A DNA stretch of 64,000 bases from the human T2T-CHM13v2.0 reference genome, Homo sapiens: NCBI RefSeq assembly GCF_009914755.1, contig NC_060936.1; one strand, given 5' to 3'. The position numbers and the translations under genes are program-made. Below, in pieces: positions 38,944 through 58,032 of the stretch. The notes below the pieces were generated by a model, which worked only from the letters and a program-made list of their open reading frames with translations, had not been told where the DNA came from and did no database searches. Numbering within the stretch: position 1 is the stretch's first letter; every line of letters begins with the position of its first letter.

Positions 38944-39509
38944 AGGCTTATTGGATCTGATAGACTTGATAAGCATTACGTTTTGCTATTCCTTCTGTAA
39001 GTAAAGTGCTTAAGTCTTGGCACACTCCGAGTGAGTGCTTTATAATGCTTTATAAATAATTTCTTTGGTTAGCATATGGAATGGCTAAATGATATCCTGA
39101 TACTGTGTTAAAGTAGATTATAGATACGTGGCTTTCAAATCCTTAGGTTTAGGGGCTCTGCCATTACCATTGAACCCTCCGACCACCAGGGTGAGTTTTG
39201 GTGGTTTGGGAGGTTGTAAATTCACAGAGCAGGCAGGTCAGAGATAATTGACGAGTTATCTTCCTTAAAGGGGATGTGGCCCCGTGGAAACAACAAGTGC
39301 GTTCAGCTTTGTGACTGTGGATGATAATTATCAAATTATTAACCGGAGCGTTACGTGAAAGATTGATGATTCTTGCTCAATGTAATGTGTCCTTTAAATG
39401 CTAAATAATAAGTTAAATGCAAGGAATAAATAAGTTCAGTAGCTTATTTATGGGGTAATTAGGGGATATTTTCAGCCCATAAACTAGGGGCATCTGTAGA
39501 AGCCCAATG

Positions 39510-39770
39510 CTGTGGAGGAGAGAGAGCTCCAAATTAGAAATCAGGAGACCTGAATTCTCTGCCACCTGCCAGCTAGTAACCTCGAACAGGTTACATCATG
39601 GCTTTGAGCCCCAGTTTCTTCATTTGGAAAATTGTTTGGGGGAGGGAGTAATAAAATTACTCATCTCAGAGTGGTTGTGAGGAGTCAATGGCATGATTAT
39701 ATGTATGGTACTGAGCAAAGTGTCTGGCACATAATGAGTGGTTACAAAATGTTAACTATCATTATATCAT
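39510..39770 (+). mobile_element. MIR
   Basis: CAGTTTCTTCATTTGGAAAAT...GTGTCTGGCACATAATGAGTG. Confidence 0.75.
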
Positions 39771-40584
39771 CATATTTGAAATAAGACATTTGACCTGTTT
39801 AGTAAGAGATTTCCTACTTTATGTTTTCAGTCAATAAGTAATAGCTACAATTTGCAATTGACCATCAATGAATTCTTATTTTTTAAAACACCCTTTAATT
39901 GTCCTTTCCTACTTAAAAAATAATCAGAAACTTGGGTAAATAGAGACGAGAATAAAGAGAAAAATAAAAATTGCCCATCTAATCCCATCATGTAAATATA
40001 ACCCCTGTTAACATTTTTATGTAGATTCTTAGTTGTTTTTTTTAACCCATGTATAGAATTTCCTTTTAAAACCTGAAATTGAAATCATGCTGTACACGCT
40101 GATTTGCCACCTGCTTTTGAGATGTTTCCAATGTCATTAAATATTCTCCTAACACATACTTGTTAATGGCTGCAGAGTAGGGTGTTTCTGAGAATATCGC
40201 CTAAGTGGAAGAGTTATTCGTAGAAGCCTACTTAGCCCATTCACTTAAATTATACTTTCAGACTTTCTGAAATCTTCATTTCAAATTGGTCTTAAATGGG
40301 CCAGGGCTTGGCTTTAAGATTCCTCTCCACCTCCTTGTTCCTCCTCCAGCTGCCCCCAAGCTCTCTGTCAAGTAGTTAATGATTGTACCAGGCACTTATT
40401 CAGTAGGGGAGCTCTCAGTGTAAAGGGTCTCTATGGTGAGCCATTTTGTAAAAGGGAAGAATGTCATTCAAATATTCACCCTCTAATTTCTCTGCTTGGC
40501 TGAGTTTTTTTTTCCCCCTGGAAACTGAGTTCTTTCTTAAAGTAAGGTCCATCTACAGGTAAAACATTCCCTTCCCTATTAGCC

Positions 40585-40875
40585 TTTTTTTTTTGAGACA
40601 AGGTCTTGCTGTGTTGCCCAAGCTGGAGTGCAGTGGCATGACCACAGCTCACTGTAGCCTCAACCTCCCAGGCTCAAGTGATCCTCCTATCTCATCCTCT
40701 TAAGTAAATGGGATCACAGGTGTGTGCCACCATGCCCAGCTAAATTTTAATTTTTTTGTAGAGATGGGGTCTTGCTGTATTTCCAAGGCTGGTCTCAAAC
40801 TCTTGGGCTCAAGAGTCCTCTTACCTTGGCCTCCCAGAGTGCTGGGATTACAGGCATGAGCCACCATGCCTGGCC
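40585..40875 (-). mobile_element. AluJ
   Basis: Dimeric Alu, J-type. Confidence 0.9.
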
Positions 40876-41079
40876 CCTATTATCCTTCTTAAACCACTTT
40901 ACTTGATGCCAGGTAGCACTTTTTCTCTGAATAACAAGAAATACATTTTTCTGTCCCCTCTGCCACCCATGATCCTGGTTTATTGACTCCTACTGGTAGT
41001 AGGAGAGTCAAGATGGGTTTAAATGATCTGTACATAACTGTTAAAAAATTAATAGTTATGTACTTATATGTGTTAGAAA

Positions 41080-41160
41080 TATATATATCTGTATCTATAT
41101 CTATCTATCTATCTATCTATCTGTCTATCTATCTATCTATCTATCTAATCTATATATATC
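41080..41160. repeat. (TCTA)n tetranucleotide microsatellite
   Basis: Direct inspection. Confidence 0.92.
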
Positions 41161-41803
41161 TTGTAACTCAAACCTGAGATGTCATGGATATTATTGCTTA
41201 GGGTGAGGTAGAATTTATTTAAGCACAAAAATCACTTATGTAAGAATAGTGCAGCAACAAGTCAGAGATGGGATGGGAGTTAGACATTTGGTGAATCTGA
41301 TGATTACCATTTTGCACCTGTCATTTGGTAATTGACACTGGGTAAATGTTGTCCTTGTTCAAGCCATCATCATCTGCCTGGACTTCTAAAGCCTCCTCCT
41401 ACCAGGTCTTTCTGCTTTGATTCCTGCCCTCCTCCAACCCACTCTCCACACAGCAGCCAAAGTGATATTTTCAAAACATAAGTTGAATAACTCTTCTCAT
41501 TCACGTCTGTAAAGGGCTTCCCATTTTTCTTGAGCTAAAAATCAAGACTCTTAATATTTGATTCTAACAACAAGGCTGTGAGTTAGGTATTAATATCTTT
41601 ATTTTACAGATGAAGAAACTGAAGTTCACAAAGGGTAAGTGACAGGCTCAAGGTCACACAGCTAATAGGAAGTAGAAGAAGAATTCAAACCCAGGTCTTG
41701 TGATTCTAGGTTTCTGTTTATTATACCTATGCCATCTTCTGAAGCCACCCCCTAGTGCATGTAACTGCAAGATGTCCTTTTCCCGGGCAATTATAAGAAA
41801 ACA

Positions 41804-42141
<338 letters not shown>

Positions 42142-43936
42142 TCAGAAGAAACACAACTCAAATTAGCTTAAGCAAAAGAGGGACTTTTTTTGGCTCCGGT
42201 AGCTGAAAAGTCAGAGTTAGGACAGTTTTCAGGCATGGCTGGATCCAGTGGCCTAAGTGACATTGTCAAGATGCATTGTCTCTGCCTCTTCATCTTCACC
42301 TCTTTGTTCTGCCTTTTATGAGTTAACTCCATTGACAGACAAATTTTCTCTTTATAGGCTTACAATGACTTCTATCAATTCCCAAGAATACACCCTTTTA
42401 GATCTACATCCAAAAGGAAGGAGTAAGATAGTCTGTCCCAACATTCTCAGTAAAAGTCTCGTTGCATCTCATGGACTCTAATAATTATTCCTGAACCAGT
42501 GGTTTTGATCAGAAAAATTGAGCGTTGATTGGCTTGAGCCAATCACAGGATTTTATCCTGGGCTAGGGATGGAGGCCCACCTATAGGTGGTAGGAATACC
42601 GTCTAATTCAGGATATTTGCCAGGAGAAGGGTGAATGGATGCAGGTTGGCAAACACTACAGATGTCCAATACCCAAAGAAAACAAACAAACAAACAAATA
42701 AATAAGACATCCAACACCTTGGTCCTTCCTAGGAACATGACCCTGAGCAGTGGTGTGGAAAATTCAAAGACTTGTGCAGGAAAGTGGAGAACTAGGTAGG
42801 AAAGGGGAGAAGTGAGTGGGCTTTGTACATCTGGGGGATGGCCACGTGGATGATGGTGAGTAGCCACTTTGGGTGATGGGGGTTATGGTTCTGGGCAGAA
42901 GCAATACTTGGCTCCCCACTTACCCTCTCTTTCCTTTGAGGCTCCTGTAGTGGTCAGATCCCAGGTTCAGGTGCTCAGGTCGAGTGCAAACAACAGTTCA
43001 GACTTAGGGGAAGTAGAGGGAAGCTGGTATTCCATTTCATTCACAGAGATCCTTTTTTATTCCTTTAAAATAAACACTTATTGCTCTTTTATAATTACAA
43101 AGATAAAGCATGTTCATAAAAAGGGAAATGCAGAAAATGCTTGGTAGGTACACAATAATTATGAGGTTATTAGAGGAATAAACATTAAAATGACCTATAA
43201 TTTTATACCTCAGAGGGAACCCTTTAATATTTTGTTTTACGGTCATTCTGACATTTTTCTATCCATGTAAATGTATTAGTTGTATATAATGCACATGAAT
43301 ACACACATATTTTAAAGCAAAGATTTGGATCTTGTATATAAACTCTTTTTTAAAACATTTCTATTTTTTTTTTATGAGATTAGTTGTTTCTCTGCTGCCC
43401 TGGCTTAAGAGCAGTGGCATGATCATAGTTCACTGCAGCCTTGAACTTCTGGGCTCAAGTGATTCTCCTGCCTTAGCCTCCAGAGTAGCTAAGATTACAG
43501 GCATGAGCTACTATGCCTGACAATGCTGTTTACATTTGTTTTTATTTTTCTGCTTAATATATCATTGGTATTTTCCTATTCATTAAATGGTTTTGGAAAA
43601 ATAGGAGTTTTAATGACTTTATAGTGTTCCGATGTATGTATGTAGCATAATTCACTTAACCAATGCCCTATTATTGGATGTCTGAAAATTTCCCATATTT
43701 TAAATAATATTGAGACAAACATCCATATGCACAAACACAGCTCTATTAATTTCTCTGCAGCATATTTTTAAAGTGTGTAATACATATCCCCAGTTTGTAT
43801 GAAAACCTTAAACTGTATTTTTATTAAAACATCCTTATATATTGTTTAAAATATTCTAAAGATACAAGGGGGTATTATATAAATAGTGAAAGAGCCTAGT
43901 CACTCCTGCTTATTACTAATATGTTCTTTCAGACCC

Positions 43937-44873
<937 letters not shown>

Positions 44874-45869
44874 TTAGCTTCTGATTTGGGCAACTGGAAA
44901 ATTTCAGTGGAGTATTTATGCTTTGAGGATCTTAAATAAGACACTTCATTGCCTTTAGCAGTGCTGCTTTAACAAGGTCTAACGACAATCTGATTTCATT
45001 TTCCTTATAAGTGACTTAGTCTTTTTGGTTCAGTGCTCAAAGTATTATTATTTAAAGTTTTTTTCTAAAAGAATGTTTCAGTGTTAACCATTCTGGGTTC
45101 AATTTTTTTTTTTTTTAATTATAGTCCTTAGTCTTTGTTCTGTTTCATTGTTTTGAATTTCTTCTTTAGGGACTTGTATAAATATCCTATACCTATCATT
45201 TTCTTGATTTCTTTTATGCTGTTTTGAAATGTTAGGTTATAGTTGTCTTTTTCCTTTCTTCCCTCTTTCATGGGCATGTATTTCTTGCATGCTTTTATCG
45301 TCTGTAAATTCTCTGATATCTCAGAATTTTGGATGAGATTTGACAGTGACACTTTTTGACTTGTTTTGTACTGAAGTGAGATTTCCTATACTTTTCTGTG
45401 GAGAAATCATACTAGGATAACTTATCAAACTTCCTGTCTCTAGAGATTCATCTTCAGTTGTTTTCACTAAGTAATCAAAAATATGGCCTAATACTTTCCG
45501 ATGTGTTCTTTCACTACTTCCCTCTTCTGCTTGTGTCCGGACCTTCTCTTTCCTCTGCCCCACTGTCCTTGTCCTGTTTGAATTCTTCTCTTCACAGTTT
45601 CTCCTCAGTGCACGCCTTTTCCCTAGAAGGGAGCTTTGATTTGCTAGACTGGAGAATTTGCAAGGCGAGACCATCAGGCACTCAGACCTTATCTCCTGGT
45701 GGACCCCTTGCACTCACCTGTGAGCTGCAATCTGCAGACTCCTCCCCATTTCAGCTGATGCTCTCGGGTTGGGCTGCCTTGCTTTCTTATGAGCATCAGC
45801 TGGTGGTTTGGTGATCTCAGGGGAGCCCTTTTTTCTACTCCCTATTTCGTCTTGCAAAGATGCTGATAC

Positions 45870-46418
45870 TCTTATTAGAAAGGGGTCCTAATCCAGACCC
45901 CAAGAGAGGGTTTCTGGATCTTGCACAATAAAGAATTCAGGGGGAGTCCATAAAGTGAAAGCAAGTTCATTAAGAAGGTAGAGGAAAAAAAACAATGGCT
46001 ACTCCATAGACAGAGCAGCCCTGAGGGCTACGGTTGCCCATTTTTATGGTTATTTCTTGATGATATGCTAAATAAGGGGTGGGTTATTCATGCTTCCCCT
46101 TTGTAGACCATATAGGGTAACTTCCTGATGTTGCCATGGCATTTGTAAACTGTCATGGAGCTGGTGGGAGTGTAGCAGTGAGGATGACCAGAGGTCACTC
46201 TCGTCACTGTCTTGGCTTTGTTGGGTTTTGGCCGGCTTCTTTACTGCAAACTGTTTTATCAGTGGGGTCTTTATGACCTTTATCTTGTGCCAACCTCCTA
46301 TCTCATTCTGTGATTAAGAACGCCTTAACTTACTGGGAATGCAGCCCAGCAGGTCTTAGCCTTATTTTACCCAGCCCCTATTCAAGATGGAGTTGCTCTG
46401 GTTCAAATACCTCTGGCA
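45870..46418 (-). mobile_element. Solo MER41A LTR
   Basis: Matches the recalled MER41A consensus throughout (GTTGCCATGGCATTTGTAAAC, TTCAAGATGGAGTTGCTCTGG); TSD ATAC at 45866-45869 and 46419-46422. Confidence 0.9.
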
Positions 46419-46595
46419 ATACCATGTGGGTCCAACAGCTGCAGATGGTTTGTTCCCATACACATATTTTGGGATTTGTGGGGACACTTTGTCACCCAGT
46501 TTTGTTGTAGATGGTGTCTGTGAAGTTCTGGTTTTGCAGTCTGTTTTTGGTCAAGTTCCCTGGAAGAGGAGTCTGAGATGAGGACTCGTGTGTGA

Positions 46596-46910
<315 letters not shown>

Positions 46911-47461
46911 TAACTGGGGGAGTGTTCTTAGGAGAAGAAGGAGGGATGCAGGAGAGAGCAGAGGAAAGAGCTAAGCAGAGAAGTGGTCTCAGCTGGAGAA
47001 GAGCATCAGCATGGCTTCAGGAAGGGCCCCGGTATGTGAGCTGCACTGCAGACTTGTCCTACCTTAGATAAGAGGGGTGGCCTTTTTATCCCATGTCCCC
47101 CAGTCATTGGCTATGGGCTGCTCCTGAGAGGTGTAATGTCCTGGACAAGAGACTGAAACAGTGTTTGCAAAATTATGACTGAGACAGTGAAAGAGATTTA
47201 ACATAACCAACTCCATCTTGCTTCTAACCTTTAAGCTGTCCTTGTTCCTTCCTGGGCATAGGCTGAACTAACTTTGAGAGGAACTTAGTTTATAGTTTAA
47301 AACAAAGACAATAACAGCCCTTTCCCAAAACAAACCTTCTTCTTGCCTGGAGGCTAGACTGCCTTTGTAGGACTGAGAAATTAGCCACAAGATTAGAAAT
47401 TATGATTTAGGAGTCATGCAGCTGGAGGCTACAAGATACTGACCTCCCGTAAACTGCTCCT

Positions 47462-47906
47462 TGTAAGGGGTAAAGAAAGAAGAAAGAAACACAAAAAGTG
47501 GCTCAACAGTCAAAGACAGGTTTATTTTGGAGAATAAACCTGTGAGGGGCTTCTCGACGATTTTGGTCAGGAGCATTCTCTTTTATAGACTAAGGGTATT
47601 TAAGGGTTCAGGGAGGGAGGGCTTATTGCAGGCTCGGAATGTTTCTGTGTGGAGGGGAGTTTTATTCTGGGATTGGAATGTCTTCTGGTTGGAGGGGAGG
47701 TTATCTTGGGTTTGGCATATTTCTGTTTGTGCTGGGGGTTTATCTCAGCGTTGGAATGTTCTGGTCAGAGGTGTCACTTGTGGTTTATGGTCATGCTGAC
47801 ATTAGCCATTAGGCTGATGTTTTGGGGCTGGATTTAGGTGGTTTTTAATCAAGGGGAACTTAAAATGATGGTGTTTGTCCAAGATGGTGATGCTCCTGCT
47901 CTGTCA
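47462..47906 (-). mobile_element. 3' LTR (LTR19A-like, 445 bp)
   Basis: Direct repeat of 56263-56746 lacking one ~39-bp U3 repeat unit; preceded on the minus strand by the purine-rich AGGGTCTGGAG (PPT position). Confidence 0.93.
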
Positions 47907-47949
47907 CTCCAGACCCTATAGTCATAAAAGGATGAGGGGTTGTGTGTTC

Positions 47950-49683
47950 TTTCAGGCTACTTCCTGCTGAGGGGAAGGGCAGAGAGTTTTCGGCTTTGAA
48001 TTGACTATAGGAGTAACGCCACCTGTAGATGTTTCTGGGTAGTTGTTTGTGAGATGGCCATGATCCTGTTGGTTAAAAATCTTTGAAAAAGGTTACTCAG
48101 GGTAAGAACATTTGTCCTAGGCATATTATTAGGAGAGGGCCCAGGAATACGATGACCCATGTTATGATTTTGTTTCCAAACAAGAATCTATTTGGTCGTT
48201 TTGGTATTCCCTTAGCTTTTTAGCCCTTTCTTTAAGTTTTTAAGCAGTGTCTGTTACTAGGCCCAATTGGTTGAGATAGAAGCAACATTCTTCATTTTTC
48301 AGCCGTTATAAGATCTAGTCCCAATCTATTTTGGAGGACTATTCTAGCAAAGGAGTCTAGTTGGTCTTGGACTCTTATAAGGCTTTAGGCTATATCTTCT
48401 AAAGAACCCTATAGTTCTGTTGAAAGCACTTTAAAGTATGTTAAGGAGGTGACTAATCCAAGTCCGGAGGTTATACCTAAGGCAGCCGTCAAAGGAATGA
48501 CATGGATGGCCCTCTTTTCTCTAACATATTGGATGGATGGAATAGGCAAAGGTTGATTAGGAGGAACTAGTCCAATGGAGGGAGAAAGATAAACTAGGGT
48601 ATAGGTTATGGTCCAGTTGGTGGGGAGACAAAGATATGTGTTGGTGCCACACAAAAAGAACAAGGCTTTTTCATAAATACAGGCAGAGATATGGAAAGAA
48701 AACAAGTGAATTAAAGATGGGGTGTTTTTTCTTTCCTGTGGCCATTACTCCAGGTGGACAAGGAGAGGAGGCCAGGGAGACACCCACTATAGTAGAGATA
48801 TAGGAAGAGTTATTTTTTACACATCTAATGCGATCAGATATTGCACCATTGATACCGAGCCATGGATAAAAGTGAGCACCAGGGACAGCACAAGTTAGGC
48901 TGGAGGCATTGGTTGAGGGAGAGGCCACAAAACGAGCCGGTTGCAGCAACGCTCTGTTTGCTTCAGGTGATACTTGGTAGTCAACCTGGTTAGTCTGATG
49001 GTCAGAGGGGTGTAGCGCAGTTGCATTGGCTAGGTGCTAAGGACCTTACAGGGAGATTTCCCTCAGAGGCTGAAAAGGAAAGTGAGGCTTGTTGTAAAAG
49101 GGGGCTATGTTTAGTTATGGGCCCTTCAATGGGAGGGCCTTGGGGCTCGAGGTGTTGTAGGGAGTTTTAATAGGTCTGAAATAATTTGTTGGCCTGATTG
49201 GCCCTGGAAGTGGGATAATCACCAACCAGAGTGTCAACTCTTTTAAAAAAGGAAACTCCTTTTTGGAGTTTATAAATTAGGGTTATGTTTCTGATTAAAA
49301 GGACATGAAGGGGTGTAGGAAGAGCTGTGTAAGCTAAGGAAGACAACAATAAGCACATCCAGCATTCTGGAGCAAAGGAAGAGTTAGTTTGCAGCAAGAG
49401 GGATCATGTAAGGTTTATAGAGCATTCTAGTTTGAGTGCAGTGAGGAGTGGTTGTATTGATGAGGTTAACATAATTAGGAAATTTGTATTGAAAGAAACA
49501 AGCAAAAAGAGAAAAAAGTTACTTGGGTAACTTCAAGTCCTGGAAAGTTCCTTGAAGCCATAGGTCCCATAGAACAGTAAGGAGTTGCTCAGGATGTGTA
49601 ATGGGAGTTTCGTAAGGGTACCACTGGAGGTCTGTAACAAGGTTGGTTAGGAAGTGATGAAAGTTTGGGAGAGAAAGAGACAT
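47950..49683 (-). pseudogene. env: ERV gamma-type env, disrupted
   Basis: SU CxxC motif (PECWMCL); furin site REKR followed by fusion peptide AIHVIPLTAALGITSGLG; ISD LQNRLGLDLITAEK (~48295-48336); EECCFYLNQ; hydrophobic TM segment. In-frame stops present. Start position approximate. Confidence 0.88.
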
Positions 49684-49723
49684 AAGTGGCTTACGTGGAT
49701 TTGTCTTCTTTTTCCTCCAGGAT

Positions 49724-53241
<3,518 letters not shown>

Positions 53242-53634
53242 TCAAGTGTTTGAGGAAGGGTCCTGTTCTTGACATAATAATAAATAAGGGTGGCTTTGGT
53301 GTAGGGCTGATAAATGAATGATTTCTCCCAGGTTGTGTAGGATGTCCCCTCCTAGTAAAGGAGTGGGGCAATGAGGAATTACCAAGAAAGAGTGAGTGAA
53401 GGTGACTCCCTGAAATGTGCAGTGTAGAGGTGGTGTTTTGTATGGGGTTTCTTGTATGCCCTTCGTGTCAAGAACAGAAACAGAAGAATGTTCTAATGGG
53501 CCTTGGTATTCAGTTAATACTGATAGGCTTGCCCCAGTATCCAAAAGAAAGGAAATAATCTTACTGGATACCATCCCAATTACCCTGGGTTCCATGGACT
53601 CACTAGATGTAGGAGTGAAGAATCCTGGGCACCC
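53242..53634 (-). pseudogene. pro: ERV aspartyl protease (pro)
   Basis: FLLDTGASLSVL active-site motif and PTPLLGGDIL (GRD-like); in frame with the gag TGA (read-through arrangement). Confidence 0.92.
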
Positions 53635-55505
<1,871 letters not shown>

Positions 55506-56242
55506 GCAGACTGGTAAGAGGAGGCCAAGGGTGTCTGTTTTTGTTCCAGGCATCCCCAGACAAAAGACAGAGATCTGGCCTCCTCTTTCTAAAGAGAACA
55601 TTTAAGCTGAGAAGAAACTGGGCATCCCCAAGATTTCTTCTAGCTGAGTCCCACTGGTCCTTCGAAGACTGGGATGGCAGACCTGACTTTCCCAGGTACC
55701 ACAAGAAAGCCAGGGGAAGGCATCTTACCACACGGCTGGATTAGTGTCCAATGTTGGATGTTCTGGTTGGAATTGGCAAAGGGCCTCCTGGACTGGAGCT
55801 GTGTGAGGAAGAGAGAAAGAGAGAGAGGGGAGAGAGGAGAGAGAGGACAAGGGTCAGAGAGTGAAATACCCATTGCAGGTGGTCAGAGGTGGATTCCTGA
55901 GATCTGAGGGTTTTGAGAGCCCACTGGGGAGTAGCCCTGGCCCGAGCCTTGCAGTTCCCTTCAGATTAGTTGTCCTTTTCATACAAATTGCTCAAAAAAG
56001 TGAAATGAGAGAAGAGTGAAATGGTGGGTGGCCAGAGACCCTCAGGATCCAGGAGTTAGCTTGGGAGGAGCTGCTGCTGCCACTGCTTCCTGGGTTGCAA
56101 GAGAACCTGTACACCCAAATAGAGAGAGAAAGAGGACAGGGCAGGTGGTCAGAGACCCTCAGGATCCAGGAGTTAGCCCAGGACAAGCTGCCACTGCCCA
56201 CTGCTTCCTGGGTTGCAAGAGAGCCTCTGCCCCCAACACCTG

Positions 56243-56260
56243 GCCCAGGTTTTGGCACCA
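56243..56260 (-). promoter_or_regulatory. Primer binding site complementary to tRNA-Phe
   Basis: Minus strand TGGTGCCAAAACCTGGGC versus canonical Phe PBS TGGTGCCGAAACCCGGGA; two of the three differences are CpG decay. Confidence 0.88.
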
Positions 56261-56262
56261 AA

Positions 56263-56746
56263 TGTAAGAGTTAAAGAGAGAAGAAAGAAACACAAAAAGC
56301 AGCTCAACAGTCAAAGACAGGTTTATTTTGGAGAATAAAACTGAGAGGGGATTCTGGACGATTTTGGTCAGGAGCATTCTCTTTTACAGACTAAGGGTAA
56401 TTAAGAGTTCAGGGAGGGAGGGCTTATCACAGGCTCAGAATGTTTCTGTGTGGAGGAGAGTTTTATAGTGGGGCTGAAATGTCTTCTGGTCGGAGGGGAG
56501 GTTATCTTGGGGCTGGCATATTTCTAGTCAGAGGCGAGGTTAATTTGGGGTTGGCATGTTTCTGGTCAAAGAGGGGGTTTATCTCAGGGTTGGAATATTT
56601 CTGGTGAGAGGTGTCACTTGTGGTTTGTGGTCATGCTAACATTAGCCATTAGGCTGATGTTTTTGGGCTGGATTTAGGTGATTTTTAATCAAGGGGAACT
56701 TAAAATGGTAGTGTTTGTCCAAGATGGTGATGCTCCTGCTCTGTCA
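56263..56746 (-). mobile_element. 5' LTR (LTR19A-like, 484 bp)
   Basis: Minus strand starts TGACAGAGCAGGAGCATCACCATCTTGGACAAAC and ends CTTTAACTCTTACA; AATAAA at 56322-56327 (minus); followed 2 nt later by the PBS. Confidence 0.93.
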
Positions 56747-57105
56747 CTCCTAAGATCAGTGCTTGAGATATTTTGCAGACCCTGCACTTGATAGATCAAC
56801 TGGCACCACACAGAATGATAAACTAGCTCATTTGATCTTGTAGCCCCCCCAACCCATGAACTGACTCAGCACAAGAGGACAGCTTCAACTTCCCATGATT
56901 TCATCACTGACCCAACCAATCACCACTCCTGGCTCACTGGCCTTCCCCTGCCCACCAAATTATCCTTAAAAACTCTGCTCCCTGAATACTGGGGTGGTGG
57001 GGAGACTGATTTGAGTAATAATAAGACTCTGGTCTCCCACACAGCCAGCTCTGCATGAATTACTCTTTCTCTATTGCAATTCTCCTGCTTTAAGAAATCA
57101 GCTCT

Positions 57106-57451
<346 letters not shown>

Positions 57452-57794
57452 CTAGGTAGCAGACAAGGTGAACCCATCGGGTGGTTACAGGACTCCCATT
57501 TAACTGAGAGCAAGTCTCTGGAGATGGGGCAGGTGTGAGCCATTAGTGTAGGGGATGGATGCTTGGTTACTACAGAGCATCTAGGGGGCATCAAGAGCAT
57601 CCAATGCCATCTACTACGCTCTCTTAGTTATTCTCTCTGTTTTTATGGGGAGAATTGGGGCAAGCCTAGAACTGCCTTCATCACCTTTCCAGAATCTGAG
57701 TTTTCCTTTATGTGTGGTCTTTCTTTCTCTAGTAGGTACCCAATCCTTTCTTTTTCACAGAGTTTAGGTCTGAGAGAAACATAATTCTACAATA

Positions 57795-58032
57795 CAGGTG
57801 GAGTATCTTTCATCCAAAATGCTCGGGGCCAGAAGAGTTTCAGATATTGGGTATTTTCAGGTTTTGGAATATGTGCATTATACTTACAGGTTGATCATCC
57901 CTAATCTGAAAATCTGAAATCTGAAATGGTCCAAAATGTAAAACCTTTTAAGTACTGACATGATGCCTGCCCCCCAAAAATGCTAACTGGGGCATTTTGG
58001 ATTTAGATTTTTGAATGAGGGATACTTGCCTG
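57795..58032. mobile_element. Tigger4a (MER46-type) MITE
   Basis: TA-CAGGTGGAGTATC...GATACTTGCCTG-TA; internal CAGGTTGATCATCCCTAATCTGAAAATCTGAAATC. Confidence 0.82.

Noticed and set aside
53242-53595. Open protease frame as an expressed enzyme
   Set aside because: It depends on upstream gag read-through, which is broken; GRD is changed to GGD; a 117-codon open stretch is expected by chance at this divergence
56243-56260. tRNA gene, or tRNA-His PBS (HERV-H)
   Set aside because: Only an 18-nt complement with no cloverleaf; it fits Phe (TGGTGCCGAAACCCGGGA) better than His (TGGTGCCGTGACTCGGAT), and the LTRs are not LTR7
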